30,771 nt of DNA from Minisyncoccota bacterium (GCA_035545295.1 DASZYS010000016.1:1-30771); one strand, 5' to 3'; shown: positions 13,460-23,151, numbered from the stretch's first letter. The notes: generated by a model from the sequence alone, not told the origin. Made by a program: numbers and translations.

Positions 13460-16243
13460 CTAGGGACGGCTCGCGCCGAGAGACGCTTGAGGCTCTGCCG
13501 GCGCCTTAGCATACTTTTTCATGATCTCGGCTTCGATCGCCTCGCGGTCGCCGCCGTACTTGAGATACGAGAGCTGTTTCAGCTCGGCAACGTGCGACGG
13601 GTCGAATTTCTCGGGAGGCGTCACTTCGATATTGAAGGGGCGGCGCGGCTGGCCGTTCGCCAGAAGCCTCAGGTACGCGTTGTGATTGTCGATATTCATG
13701 AGGTCGTTCGCGGTGAAAACCGGCTCAAACTGCTTCACGAGCGCCTCGGCATCGGCCGCGCCGACGCGGAACGCCGCCATGGAGCCGACGTTGCCGAAGA
13801 CGGAGTTCTTGATCCCCTCTTCAAGCTGGGCGATGAACTGGTGGGCGATGGTGAGCGAGAGCTTGTACTTGCGCGCCTCGGAGAGGATGGTCGAAATGGA
13901 GTTGGTGGTGATGTTCTGGAATTCGTCGATATAGAGATAGAAGTTGGGGAGCTCCGTGCCGAAGGAGTCGACGCGGGAAAGCGCCGCCATGAGGATCTTG
14001 CCGACCAGGATGAGGCCAATCAGGTTCGCGTTGATGTCGCCCAAGCGGCCTTTGGCGAGATTGACGAGAAGGATTTTCTTGCCGTCCATGATCTCGCGGA
14101 AGTTGAATGATGATTTCTCCTGGGCGATGATCGGACGCATGATGTCGTTCGCGAGGAAAACGTCGAATTTCGAGGTGATATACGGCACGATGTTCGCGAG
14201 CGAGCCTTCGCCGCCCGCTTTCTCGGCGATGCCCCGCCAAAATTCGACGACGATCGGATTTCTGCACCTTGAGAGCTTCAAGTCGCGAAACTTCTTGTCG
14301 GAGAGGACGCGCGAGACGTCGACCAGGGTCGAGCCGGTCTCCGGGTCCTCGATGACGAGCATCGTCGCGTTGCGGAAGTACTGCTCGAACATCGGACCCA
14401 TCGACTCCGGCACGCCGGAGTAGAGCTTCTGGAAGATGCTGAAGAGCTCGTTCACCACGAAGGTCTTCTGTTCGGGAAAGCGGCGATCGTACTCGAGCAT
14501 GTTCAAGGCCATCGGTCGGGCCGTTTCGCTCGGATCGAAGTAGATGACGTCCTCGTAGCGCTCCCGCGGCACGGCCGCGAGGATGTCCTGGATGTCCGAG
14601 CCGTGCGGATCGATGTAGCAGGCGCCGCGGCCTTCGCGGATATCCTGGATGATTTGGTTCTTGATGAAGGTTGACTTTCCGGTTCCCGTTTGTCCGATGA
14701 TGTAGAAGTGGCGCAAGCGGTCCTCCTCGCTCATAAGGATGCGGGTCTCGACGTTGCGATGGCGGTTAACTCCCAAAAGAATTCCCGTTTCCGAAAGGCC
14801 GATCGGCGCGGGGGCAGATCCTGCCTTGGCGCGGCGGAGCGCCGGCGCGGCATCCGCGCCGGATGTCGGAAAGTGTATGAGAGTCGTAAGCTCCTTGATG
14901 TTGAGGGGAATGTTCTGGTGCTGGGAATGCAGGCGGTACGAGAATTGATGGAGGAGGCTTTTGAGCGCTCCCTTGCTGACGCGGTTCCATTTGAGCCCAT
15001 TGCCTTTCGTATTGGAAAACTGGTTGAACGACGATTCCATGTCGGAGAGTATCGCCTCGGCCTTCATCCTGTTTTCCGCCGAGACGACAAGGCGGATGTT
15101 GGCATTGAAAATCGAGCTCGCAACCTTGTTTTGGATTCCCTGAAGCTGGTCGGGGTCGATCGGCGTATTTTCCTTGGGGGTTCCATCCTTTTTCTTGCTG
15201 GTTTTGAAGAAATCCTTGACCCCCTTCAAGAGATCGCCGGTCATGGAGTACGAGATGTCGATCGCTTCCTTGTAATTCTCGCCTTTCTGGATGCGCTTCA
15301 GGGCGTGCTTGTAGCGCAGAAGAACATCGTCGTCCTGGTCGGGGCTCATGACGATCTGGATCGCGGCGCCTTCGCCTACATGATCGATCTTCGAGAAGCT
15401 CGAGAGAAGGGCGTTCAGCGGATCATGGTCGAACTGATCATAGAGCGTTATGGGAAAGACGGGATTGCCGGCCGACTTCGCAAACGACGCGGCCGATTCG
15501 CCTTGCGGGTTGAAGATATTGTAGTCCTCGATCTTTTCGACGAGCTTCGCATGCGGAAAGACGGAAAGGATGTGCTTCTCGAAAAGGAGCTTCTTGTCGA
15601 CGGGAACGCCGGCATAAAAGGAGAACTCCGCGCCGATGTTTTCCATGGCGAGCTCGATCGTGAAGTAGTTGTGGCCGCGGTTCTTCTCCCCCGGAATGGA
15701 GCGCATGCCCGCATAAAACTGCTCCATGCCGGAAATAAGCTCCTTGAAGGACCCTTCCTTGTCCTTCCCGCCTTCCGGAATCATGATCTCGTAGAGCGTC
15801 ATATGGAGCGAGCGGTAGAGCGGCGATTTCTCCTTGAGTCCGGGCACGACGAAGCCCTCCTTGATGTACTCGATGAGATAGCGATGGAAGTCGTCGTCGA
15901 GATGGGGGTTCGAAAGCTTCTCGAGGAGCGCGAAGGCGTTCTTGATGCCCTTTTCGCGGAGCACTTCCACGAGCTCGTCGATCTGCGCGTCGTGCGCTTC
16001 GGGAGGGAGATTCAATATGATGCGGTTCAGGTTCTCCTGCGTCATCTTGAGATCGGGATGAAGCACGGTTTCCGGCGCTTTTTTGTATTCGTCGACGCGC
16101 TCGTTGATGATCTCGTGAAGCTGCGGCTTCTCGCCGTGAGCTTCGAGCTCGCGTTCGCGCTCCCGCACCTGCGCCCGCAGGTAATCAAGCTCCTCCTGCG
16201 GAGTCTTGAACTGCGGCGCCTCTTTGAAGAGTGGGCCTTCCAT
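13460..16243 (-). CDS. VirD4/TraD/TrwB-like (HerA-FtsK superfamily) ATPase with a long N-terminal region
   Basis: DRLRHFYIIGQTGTGKST (Walker A), YIDPHG, LVNLAKG.LG, YLYIDEFQN (Walker B), ILSEARKYKLSL..AHQ. Start set at ATG 16243. Confidence 0.9.
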   Translation of the reverse strand: MEGPLFKEAPQFKTPQEELDYLRAQVRERERELEAHGEKPQLHEIINERVDEYKKAPETVLHPDLKMTQENLNRIILNLPPEAHDAQIDELVEVLREKGIKNAFALLEKLSNPHLDDDFHRYLIEYIKEGFVVPGLKEKSPLYRSLHMTLYEIMIPEGGKDKEGSFKELISGMEQFYAGMRSIPGEKNRGHNYFTIELAMENIGAEFSFYAGVPVDKKLLFEKHILSVFPHAKLVEKIEDYNIFNPQGESAASFAKSAGNPVFPITLYDQFDHDPLNALLSSFSKIDHVGEGAAIQIVMSPDQDDDVLLRYKHALKRIQKGENYKEAIDISYSMTGDLLKGVKDFFKTSKKKDGTPKENTPIDPDQLQGIQNKVASSIFNANIRLVVSAENRMKAEAILSDMESSFNQFSNTKGNGLKWNRVSKGALKSLLHQFSYRLHSQHQNIPLNIKELTTLIHFPTSGADAAPALRRAKAGSAPAPIGLSETGILLGVNRHRNVETRILMSEEDRLRHFYIIGQTGTGKSTFIKNQIIQDIREGRGACYIDPHGSDIQDILAAVPRERYEDVIYFDPSETARPMALNMLEYDRRFPEQKTFVVNELFSIFQKLYSGVPESMGPMFEQYFRNATMLVIEDPETGSTLVDVSRVLSDKKFRDLKLSRCRNPIVVEFWRGIAEKAGGEGSLANIVPYITSKFDVFLANDIMRPIIAQEKSSFNFREIMDGKKILLVNLAKGRLGDINANLIGLILVGKILMAALSRVDSFGTELPNFYLYIDEFQNITTNSISTILSEARKYKLSLTIAHQFIAQLEEGIKNSVFGNVGSMAAFRVGAADAEALVKQFEPVFTANDLMNIDNHNAYLRLLANGQPRRPFNIEVTPPEKFDPSHVAELKQLSYLKYGGDREAIEAEIMKKYAKAPAEPQASLGASRP

Positions 16244-16302
16244 TGAATAAATCAAAAATTAAAAATCAAAATGCAAAATTAACAGTCCTATTCTCCCCCT
16301 CT

Positions 16303-16375
16303 GTCATGCCCAGCAGCCTGCCTGCCGGTAGGCAGGGGCATCCAGGGCTTCGGCAACAATACTCTGGATCCCCCT
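16303..16375. repeat. REP-like GTCATGCCCAGCAG...CTGGATCCC element carrying an inserted 20-bp palindrome
   Basis: Matches 28914-28976 but with CCTGCCTGCCGGTAGGCAGG inserted at 16317-16336. Confidence 0.85.
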
Positions 16376-16459
16376 TGCTGGAGACGAAGAACGGGCGATT
16401 TGCCTTCCGGATATTATCTTATCTTTCATTATATCTCAGTCGGGAGATTTTTTACTCAC

Positions 16460-16491
16460 AAAAGAAAATTCCCGCTGTGCGGGAATTTCTT
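16460..16491 (-). terminator. Intrinsic terminator after the microprotein gene
   Basis: Minus strand AAGAAATTCCCGC-ACA-GCGGGAATTTTCTTTT. Confidence 0.8.
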
Positions 16492-16511
16492 GATAAATAT
16501 GGGAATAAATA

Positions 16512-16661
16512 TTAACCGAGGATTTCGATATCGCCATCTTTGAGGTCTTTTTCGAGCTGGGCCTTCATTTGCTCGGGAGAGAGATTTTCGTCGCCCGACT
16601 TTTCCGGCTGGCCGTTCTGCTTGTCCTTCTCATCCGCCTGTGGGTTTTGATCGTCTGCCAT
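16512..16661 (-). CDS. 49-aa acidic microprotein (below the ORF-track cutoff)
   Basis: MADDQNPQADEKDKQNGQPEKSGDENLSPEQMKAQLEKDLKDGDIEILG*. It has host-like codon use, TG-G-TATAAT 8 nt upstream and a terminator downstream. Confidence 0.75.
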   Translation of the reverse strand: MADDQNPQADEKDKQNGQPEKSGDENLSPEQMKAQLEKDLKDGDIEILG

Positions 16662-16681
16662 GATTTGAAATTATACCACAC

Positions 16682-19600
16682 CTATCTCCTGTAAAAAGGC
16701 CATCTGGTAGGAGGCGGGGGCGGTGGATATCCATAGCGGTGAAGCGGCTCGGCCTCTATTCGGGCCGTATTTTGGAAGGATTTCAGAAGGCTTTTCCCGA
16801 ATCCGTCGGGCTTCAGGCGGCCGCGGATGAACTCGTCGAGGGGCATTTTGAGCGCATCGTTGTCGGCCGGAGACACGTCCTTGGCGTCGAGCTTTTCGTA
16901 TACCCAATCGACAAAGGGGTTTTCCGTGCCATCCTCGTGGTTCGCGATATATGTACGGCGCAATTCGCCGACAGTGTGGCTGGATTTTCCGGCAATGTGA
17001 TTGCGATACCACTCGAGGCCGTATCCGGCATGCTTTCCGTTTTTATATTTCAATCCCTGCAAGACATCATTGAATTTTTCGACCGTCCTCTGATGCGTCG
17101 CAATAATCTCGCGCATCGAAGCATTGATCGACAGAAATTCAGTGCGGTCGGCCGGGTTGGCGAACATGCGCATGCGCGGAAACTCCCGCTGGATCGTCGC
17201 GACGTGCTTCATGACTTCGTCTTGGGCGAGAAGCGGCTGGTCGTGGATATTGCGCGAAATATATCCGAGGTCTTCGGCGATGACATGTGCGTTCTCGGGC
17301 GTAATTCCCTTCCCCGCAAACTGATCGAGTGCTTCGGCATGCGAGAAGACTTTGGCGGCCTTTTCATATTCCTTGCCGCCGAGAATGCGGTGAAGATCGC
17401 CAAGCACGGGATCATGCGAAGGCTGAAGATTTTCAAGCGGAGTCTGATTTAAGCCGCCCTGGGGCGATCCAATCGTCGAATCGTTGGAAATATCGCCGTC
17501 GTTGTGAACTTCCGGCTGAATCGGCGCGTTGCCGCCCTCGTGATGGACGGGAGGAGCGTGATGGCCTCTTCCCATTCCCTGGCGCATCCGGTCGACATCG
17601 TTCGAGATATCGCCGTCATTATGGAGTTCATGAGACGGTACTGCGCGGCCAGTTGCCTCATGCGCAGCATGATCCGCGGCACCTTGCTCCAGTCCGACAG
17701 TGGATCCCATTTCATGGGAAAGAATCTTGCGCATACCATCCGCACGCTCGTTTATGATATGGAGCAATTCATCCGTCTGGCTGTCGAAACGGCCCGTCGC
17801 GCCGCTCGTGATGAGCTTGTCGTGGAGATCCTGGACGCGGACGAGGATTTCCTGCTGGAGCTCAGGCCTTTGGCCGCCGAAGCTCTTGGAGAGGAACTCG
17901 ACCTCTTCGCGAAGATGCCGCATGTCGGGGACCTGGGCGTACATGCCTTCATGGGAAATCTGGGACGCGTACTGATCGAAATCGGCGAAGTGGGACGTCA
18001 TCTGCTCGGGGCTCGCGTTGCCCTGGTAGTAGATGCTCAGTTCCGTGCCGTCCCAGAACGGCTTGTGCGCTCCCTTCACGATTCCTTGATCGAGCGGATG
18101 AAGCGTAAATCCTTCCTTCGGAGCGGCAGGGGCCGATGGAGGAGGCGGAACGGCATGTTCGGCATTCGGAGCGGAAGGGGGCGGCGGAACCTCGTGGGCG
18201 GGGGCCGAAGGTGCGGGAGGAACAGCCGCATGCGCCGGAGCTGGCGCATGAGCCGCGGCATGCTGGTGCGCCACCATTGCAGCCTTGAGCGCCTTTTCGC
18301 TTTTCGCTTCCTCCGCAAGCTGGTTGGAAAGCCCGGTCTTAACCTTTTGGAACTCCTGCTCCATAGAGCTCAGCCGATCCTTCACCGAATTGAATTCTCC
18401 CTCTGTCCCATGATGCTCCCAAAGGAGGTTGTGAGCTACCTGACCAAGGGCGGAGAGGCCGAAGGCCCAGGCGGCAGATCTCATGCCGCCGCGGCGCGCC
18501 TGCCATGCCTGGGCGGAATTAATGCGCTTCTCTCTCCATGAAAGGACTCCTTTAATCTTCTTTGTGGCCCGTTCCGTCTTTTCCGCAAGGTCTGTAGATT
18601 TTTTGCCCGGCCTATTCTGCTCAAACATGGCAAGAAATGTTCCTGCTTCGCTCAATTTCTGCCGCAATTCAAGCTGTTCTCTAAGACGCTCTGCGATCTC
18701 ATCAGAACCCTCTCCCACGCCAAAACTTACCAATCCGCGATTGAGTTTTTGACGCGTATAGAAAAGCCTGACTTTGAGCTTGTGCATTATCCTTTCCCGC
18801 TCCGCATCCTTTTCTTTTTCGCTTTCGAATTTAGGATTCGAATTTACACTGTCGAATTCCCGTTCTAAATCGTCGATTTTATTCACAAGCACTTCCGCAG
18901 GCACAAAATTCCGCTCCATGTGCGTTTTCCGTTCGAATTTCTTCGCAAGCCTGTTTACTTTTGCCTGCTGGGCTTCAACATCATTTTTCGCATCCCTGGT
19001 GCCGGTCAACTTCGCGCCAGCCTTAAGATCACGAAGCTTCTTTTTCTCCGCATCGAGCTCGGCTGCGAGAGCTTTGAACTCGTCTTTCCGCAAGCTGGCG
19101 CGTGCGCCTCGCCGCATGTCTTCCGCGCGTTCGGCCTGAGCGCCTCGAGTGCGCGATCTGCCGGTGACAAAACCCACTCCCGCCGCGGCAAACGGCAGCA
19201 TCGTCACGCCGCCTATTGCCATTGCGGTCGAACGGGAAAGAAATCCGGCAGCGGAGATGATGCCGCGCTCGGTCACTATGTCCTTGAGCACTTTTTTCCA
19301 GACCTTTCGATCCTTGATATTGAGAAGCTCTTCTTCAATGTCCGAATTCGAGCCGAAAAGCTGGTTTGCGCGGAGGCGTTCATCAATAGTATTGACGTAA
19401 AGTTCGGCCTCATTACGGTTGCTTCCGTTTTCCAAAAGGCGAAGATCGAAGATTTTCTTCTTCAGATTCCTAAAATTTCTTTCGACCAGCCAATATTTGG
19501 TGTTTTGGAACTTCGAAGCGCCGGAATAATTCCATTCGGCGGGCGTGCGGGCGAATTCGCGGGCGGCTTCGTTGAATTTCGAGATGAGCTCGCGCTCGGC

Positions 19601-22039
19601 AGGCTGAAGTTCCCTGTTGGCAGGCGTGAGATCCTTTTCCGCAACATAATCGATCTCCACTTGGCCGTTTTCGATATGCGCGTCGAGACCGAGCTCCTTG
19701 GTGCCTTTCACGAGCTGCTGAAGAATCTCGCCATGGGTCTTAAGGCCGCCGGTGAGGATATCGTTCGCACTCTTTTTCTCAAGCTTGGCAATATGATAAT
19801 GCTTCGTCGCACCGAGCCATACGCGCCCGAGTGCCTTGTCGAACTTGGCAAACCTGCCGTTTCCTCCAAGCTTCAAAACTCCGGCATTTTCAAGATCCTC
19901 TTTGAACTCTCCGCGCGCCTCTTCCTTGATGCGACCGAGGGTAACCTGGCGAAGATTCTCGTATACGAGCCGCTTCTGGCCGTCAGTGAGATCCTTATAC
20001 CCTTCGATCTTGTCGAGATCGCCGTCCTTGAAGCCGAACGTGTCCTTGAAATACTGCTCCGTGTTCTTTTCCGCGTCGCTCCGCTCCTTTCGTGCCTCCT
20101 CTTTTTCGGCCCCTGCCTCAGCCGGTTCGGCCGCTTCTTCTTTTTTTCCTTCCGGCTCTTCTTCGCCGGCCTTTTTCTCAGATTTCTCCTTCGCGGCTTC
20201 CTCGGCAAGCTTCCTTTCGACAGACTCGGCATACGTGTCCTTCTCCTGGCCCATTCTCACACCAACAAGAAATTTCGTGAATTCCTCAGCATATTTCCGC
20301 AAATCTCCTTTCGTGAGCCGTCCGACAAATTCGGAATCGAACACCACGTCGACATTCATGCCGTTGCCGAATTCCACGCCGCGTATTTTCCGCACCTCGC
20401 TGTCAAAACGCTCGCGATCTTCCGGCTTGAGTTTGCCGCGGGTCCTCTCAATATCGTGATAGTTCGAAGCAGATGCCAAGTCAAAAGCCTCTTTATCCTT
20501 TTCCGGCTCCGCCACCGGAGCGAGCACATGGTATACGATTGTGATTTTTCGTATATCTTCGTCGGAAAGGCCTTTTTCCTTCCAGAATCTGACAATCGGA
20601 TCATTGGCTATCTTTTCCGCCAGATATTCGTCGCCTTCGTATTTAACAGGCACTGCCGCCGCGCGCATCTCGTTTTCCCGCGCCAATTCCCTTTCTTTTT
20701 GCTCTTTTTCCTCTTCTTCGCGAGTTGCCTCAAGATGAAGTTGTTCGACAGGTACGCCCGTCGTGCCGCCTTCGACAAATGCGAGTTTGCCATCCTCGGA
20801 AAAACCGCTGATTTTGCGAGGCGTTTCAAATTGATCAACGCCCTGGCTTGTCCATTGAACGAAATCCCCTTCCTTTATCTGGAAAGGTTCCTCCTCGGCA
20901 TTTTTTTCTTCGGACGCAGTTTCGGGTTTTGTCTCGACAACCTGTTCGGACGAACTTGCAGTCTCGTTCCTCTTGATCGAAGCGACCATTTGAAGCACCC
21001 ATTCAAGATTCCGCGAGATAGTTCTGACTCCTTCTTCCATACTTCCATATCCTGATTCTCCCATGTCTATCATGCCCTTGAGCCATTCGGCATTCTCCGC
21101 TATATATTCTTCAAAGTCTTTAAGAGAGAAGCCTTCTTTGATCAAATCAGAGTATTTCGTCTCCAAAAGCTCCCTGAGCGCCGACTTGATCGCATCGCGA
21201 TACGGCTTAAGCTTCGCATTTTCCGCTTCGGCCTCATCCATCTCTCCCTGCTCGGCCTCGATTTCTTCCCCAGTAACTTCCGGCTGTACAGCGGGTGCTT
21301 CCGTAAGTTTCTTCTTTTCTTCCTCGGCCATCTGCTTTGCACGCGTTTCCGGATCCGAAGAACGCCCTTCTTTCAAGTCAGCCAGGAGAGCCCGTGCATC
21401 CTTATTCACTTTGTCGGCAAAATCCTCATCATCGGAGAAATACTCATCGATCCCCGCATCTCGATACGCCTCGCCAATGAGAGTGCGGAGCCGTTCAGCT
21501 TCATGTTTCCATCTTTCATGCGTTTTTGGAAACGGCGTTTCTTCACCCTCTGCAGTCTCACGGGAAATCTCGCCGCGAGCGATCTCATTAATTCTTTTCT
21601 GAATAGCTGGATCATTTCCAATCTCTAGCGTTTTTGCCAGATAATCCACACCATCTTCATTCGCCTGGTCTTGAAACTGATCAACCCAGCTTCGAATCGT
21701 TTCCTCATTGTACGGATCCTCTGGATAATAGGCCTGGAACAACACTGCTGCGATATCAAATTTCTGAGCATCGCTCAGTTGTCCGGCTTCAATAGCCTTA
21801 ACAACCTTATGGAGTGTATAGGATCCGAAACCATGCTCGCCTTGCAATTTTCGCCTTGTTTTTGGATCAAGCCTGCCTCCCCCTTCTTTCAGAGCCTGCC
21901 TTACAACATCGATCCTCGGGTCATTTTCGGGACGGTAGTCGGGATTTTCACCCGGCTTGGAACCAAGAGGCATACGGCGGCGCTTGGGGCCTTCATACTC
22001 TTCTCCGCCTTCATTATGTGGAAAATTTTCTTCGCTCAT
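16682..22039 (-). CDS. Giant hypothetical protein (about 1785 aa), acidic/coiled-coil with central hydrophobic helices and Pro/Ala/His-rich repeats
   Basis: Uninterrupted ORF. GGGAG precedes ATG 22039 and TG-A-TATAAT lies at 22070-22078. No recognisable catalytic motif. Confidence 0.88.
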   Translation of the reverse strand: MSEENFPHNEGGEEYEGPKRRRMPLGSKPGENPDYRPENDPRIDVVRQALKEGGGRLDPKTRRKLQGEHGFGSYTLHKVVKAIEAGQLSDAQKFDIAAVLFQAYYPEDPYNEETIRSWVDQFQDQANEDGVDYLAKTLEIGNDPAIQKRINEIARGEISRETAEGEETPFPKTHERWKHEAERLRTLIGEAYRDAGIDEYFSDDEDFADKVNKDARALLADLKEGRSSDPETRAKQMAEEEKKKLTEAPAVQPEVTGEEIEAEQGEMDEAEAENAKLKPYRDAIKSALRELLETKYSDLIKEGFSLKDFEEYIAENAEWLKGMIDMGESGYGSMEEGVRTISRNLEWVLQMVASIKRNETASSSEQVVETKPETASEEKNAEEEPFQIKEGDFVQWTSQGVDQFETPRKISGFSEDGKLAFVEGGTTGVPVEQLHLEATREEEEKEQKERELARENEMRAAAVPVKYEGDEYLAEKIANDPIVRFWKEKGLSDEDIRKITIVYHVLAPVAEPEKDKEAFDLASASNYHDIERTRGKLKPEDRERFDSEVRKIRGVEFGNGMNVDVVFDSEFVGRLTKGDLRKYAEEFTKFLVGVRMGQEKDTYAESVERKLAEEAAKEKSEKKAGEEEPEGKKEEAAEPAEAGAEKEEARKERSDAEKNTEQYFKDTFGFKDGDLDKIEGYKDLTDGQKRLVYENLRQVTLGRIKEEARGEFKEDLENAGVLKLGGNGRFAKFDKALGRVWLGATKHYHIAKLEKKSANDILTGGLKTHGEILQQLVKGTKELGLDAHIENGQVEIDYVAEKDLTPANRELQPAERELISKFNEAAREFARTPAEWNYSGASKFQNTKYWLVERNFRNLKKKIFDLRLLENGSNRNEAELYVNTIDERLRANQLFGSNSDIEEELLNIKDRKVWKKVLKDIVTERGIISAAGFLSRSTAMAIGGVTMLPFAAAGVGFVTGRSRTRGAQAERAEDMRRGARASLRKDEFKALAAELDAEKKKLRDLKAGAKLTGTRDAKNDVEAQQAKVNRLAKKFERKTHMERNFVPAEVLVNKIDDLEREFDSVNSNPKFESEKEKDAERERIMHKLKVRLFYTRQKLNRGLVSFGVGEGSDEIAERLREQLELRQKLSEAGTFLAMFEQNRPGKKSTDLAEKTERATKKIKGVLSWREKRINSAQAWQARRGGMRSAAWAFGLSALGQVAHNLLWEHHGTEGEFNSVKDRLSSMEQEFQKVKTGLSNQLAEEAKSEKALKAAMVAHQHAAAHAPAPAHAAVPPAPSAPAHEVPPPPSAPNAEHAVPPPPSAPAAPKEGFTLHPLDQGIVKGAHKPFWDGTELSIYYQGNASPEQMTSHFADFDQYASQISHEGMYAQVPDMRHLREEVEFLSKSFGGQRPELQQEILVRVQDLHDKLITSGATGRFDSQTDELLHIINERADGMRKILSHEMGSTVGLEQGAADHAAHEATGRAVPSHELHNDGDISNDVDRMRQGMGRGHHAPPVHHEGGNAPIQPEVHNDGDISNDSTIGSPQGGLNQTPLENLQPSHDPVLGDLHRILGGKEYEKAAKVFSHAEALDQFAGKGITPENAHVIAEDLGYISRNIHDQPLLAQDEVMKHVATIQREFPRMRMFANPADRTEFLSINASMREIIATHQRTVEKFNDVLQGLKYKNGKHAGYGLEWYRNHIAGKSSHTVGELRRTYIANHEDGTENPFVDWVYEKLDAKDVSPADNDALKMPLDEFIRGRLKPDGFGKSLLKSFQNTARIEAEPLHRYGYPPPPPPTRWPFYRR

Positions 22040-22197
22040 AACTCCCGCGCCGAAGCGCTTAATGAGCAAATTATATCACCCTGTAGTAGATTTTGGCATC
22101 GCGAATTGAAGACAATTCGCGGTCGAGACAAATGCCAAAATTCACTACAGGGTATCATCAAAATATGGAAATTCCGGAGAATCAGCGGGCCTGCCCG

Positions 22198-22260
22198 GTA
22201 GTGAAAAATGATATTAAATGTTAAGCAAGCATGCGCATGCTTGCAATATCATTTTCTACT
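22198..22260 (-). terminator. Hairpin downstream of map containing the perfect palindrome GCAAGCATGCGCATGCTTGC
   Basis: Palindrome at 22225-22244, extended by AAAATGATATT/AATATCATTTT. Confidence 0.55.
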
Positions 22261-23026
22261 ACCGGGTCAAAACCTCGACTCCGTCCTCCGTCACGAGTAC
22301 GGTGTGCTCGAAATGGGCCGCCCGGCTGCCATCCTTGGTTCGCACCGTGTATTCATCGCCCTCGAAGACGACTCGGCCGCCTCCAAGGGTGAGCATCGGC
22401 TCGATGGCGAGAACCATGCCGGGCTTCAAGGCCGGCCCTTGCCCCGCCACGCCGGTATTGGGAACGAACGGGTCCTCATGGACCGAGTAGCCGACACCAT
22501 GGCCGGCAAGGTCTTCGGTGATGGCGTAGCCTTCCTCCTGCGCAAAGATTTCGAGCGCGGCGCCGATGTCGCCGATATGATTGCCGGGTGCGACGGCCTT
22601 GATGCCGCGCTCGAGCGCTTCGCGGGTCGCATGGATGAGGCGGCGCGAGTCGTCGTCGATCTTGCCCACGCCGAGGGTGACGGCGGCATCGGTAATGAGC
22701 CCCTGGTGAGTGAGCCCGAGGTCGAGCGTCACGATGTCGCCCTCCTGAAGGACCCGCGGATTCACGTTGGGAATGCCGTGCACGATGATGTCGTTTATGG
22801 AAACGCAGAGCGCCGCCGGATACGGGCGCTTCACGCCGCGCGGGCGGTAGTTTAAGAACGCAGCGGCGTCCCCGCCGTCCTCGATCATCTTGAGCGCGGC
22901 GGCATTGAGCTCCTCGGTGGAAACGCCCGGCTCCGTCATTGCGGCGAGTTTGCGGAGCATCTCGGCGTGGCGCCTGCCCCCTTCGCGGAGCTTCTCGATG
23001 TCTTCTGCTGTCTTAATGGTGATCAT
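22259..23026 (-). CDS. map: Type I methionine aminopeptidase
   Basis: CVSINDIIVHGIP, GDIVTLDLG, ITDAAVT, GHGVG..VHEDP, AIEPM, AAHFEHT. Start set at MITIK. Confidence 0.96.
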   Translation of the reverse strand: MITIKTAEDIEKLREGGRRHAEMLRKLAAMTEPGVSTEELNAAALKMIEDGGDAAAFLNYRPRGVKRPYPAALCVSINDIIVHGIPNVNPRVLQEGDIVTLDLGLTHQGLITDAAVTLGVGKIDDDSRRLIHATREALERGIKAVAPGNHIGDIGAALEIFAQEEGYAITEDLAGHGVGYSVHEDPFVPNTGVAGQGPALKPGMVLAIEPMLTLGGGRVVFEGDEYTVRTKDGSRAAHFEHTVLVTEDGVEVLTR

Positions 23027-23151
23027 AGTATGGAATTCAAAAGTCAAAATTCAAAATGCAAAAGTTTAAATCAAAATTGGAAGACTTGATAATTTACAGG
23101 CTTTGGAATTAAAATTTTGACTTTTGCCTTTTGAATTTTGCATTGTCGTCG

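Noticed and set aside
13460-16243. Conjugative element or ICE around the VirD4-like ATPase
   Set aside because: No relaxase, integrase, VirB4, oriT or att sites are seen in the window, and the flanks are housekeeping genes.
16231-16515. 94-aa plus-strand ORF containing SLPAGRQG
   Set aside because: It is a translation through the intergenic palindromic repeats, not a credible gene.
16512-16661. Pup/UBact-like modifier identity for the microprotein
   Set aside because: It lacks the C-terminal GGE/GGQ, and no ligase or proteasome genes are in the window.
14690-21055. Long plus-strand ORFs 14690-16246 (518 aa), 17504-18541 (345 aa) and 18920-21055 (711 aa)
   Set aside because: These are antisense shadows of the ATPase and giant genes. 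Their composition (L/F/R-rich, mirroring E/K/A codons) is as expected and they have no independent motifs.
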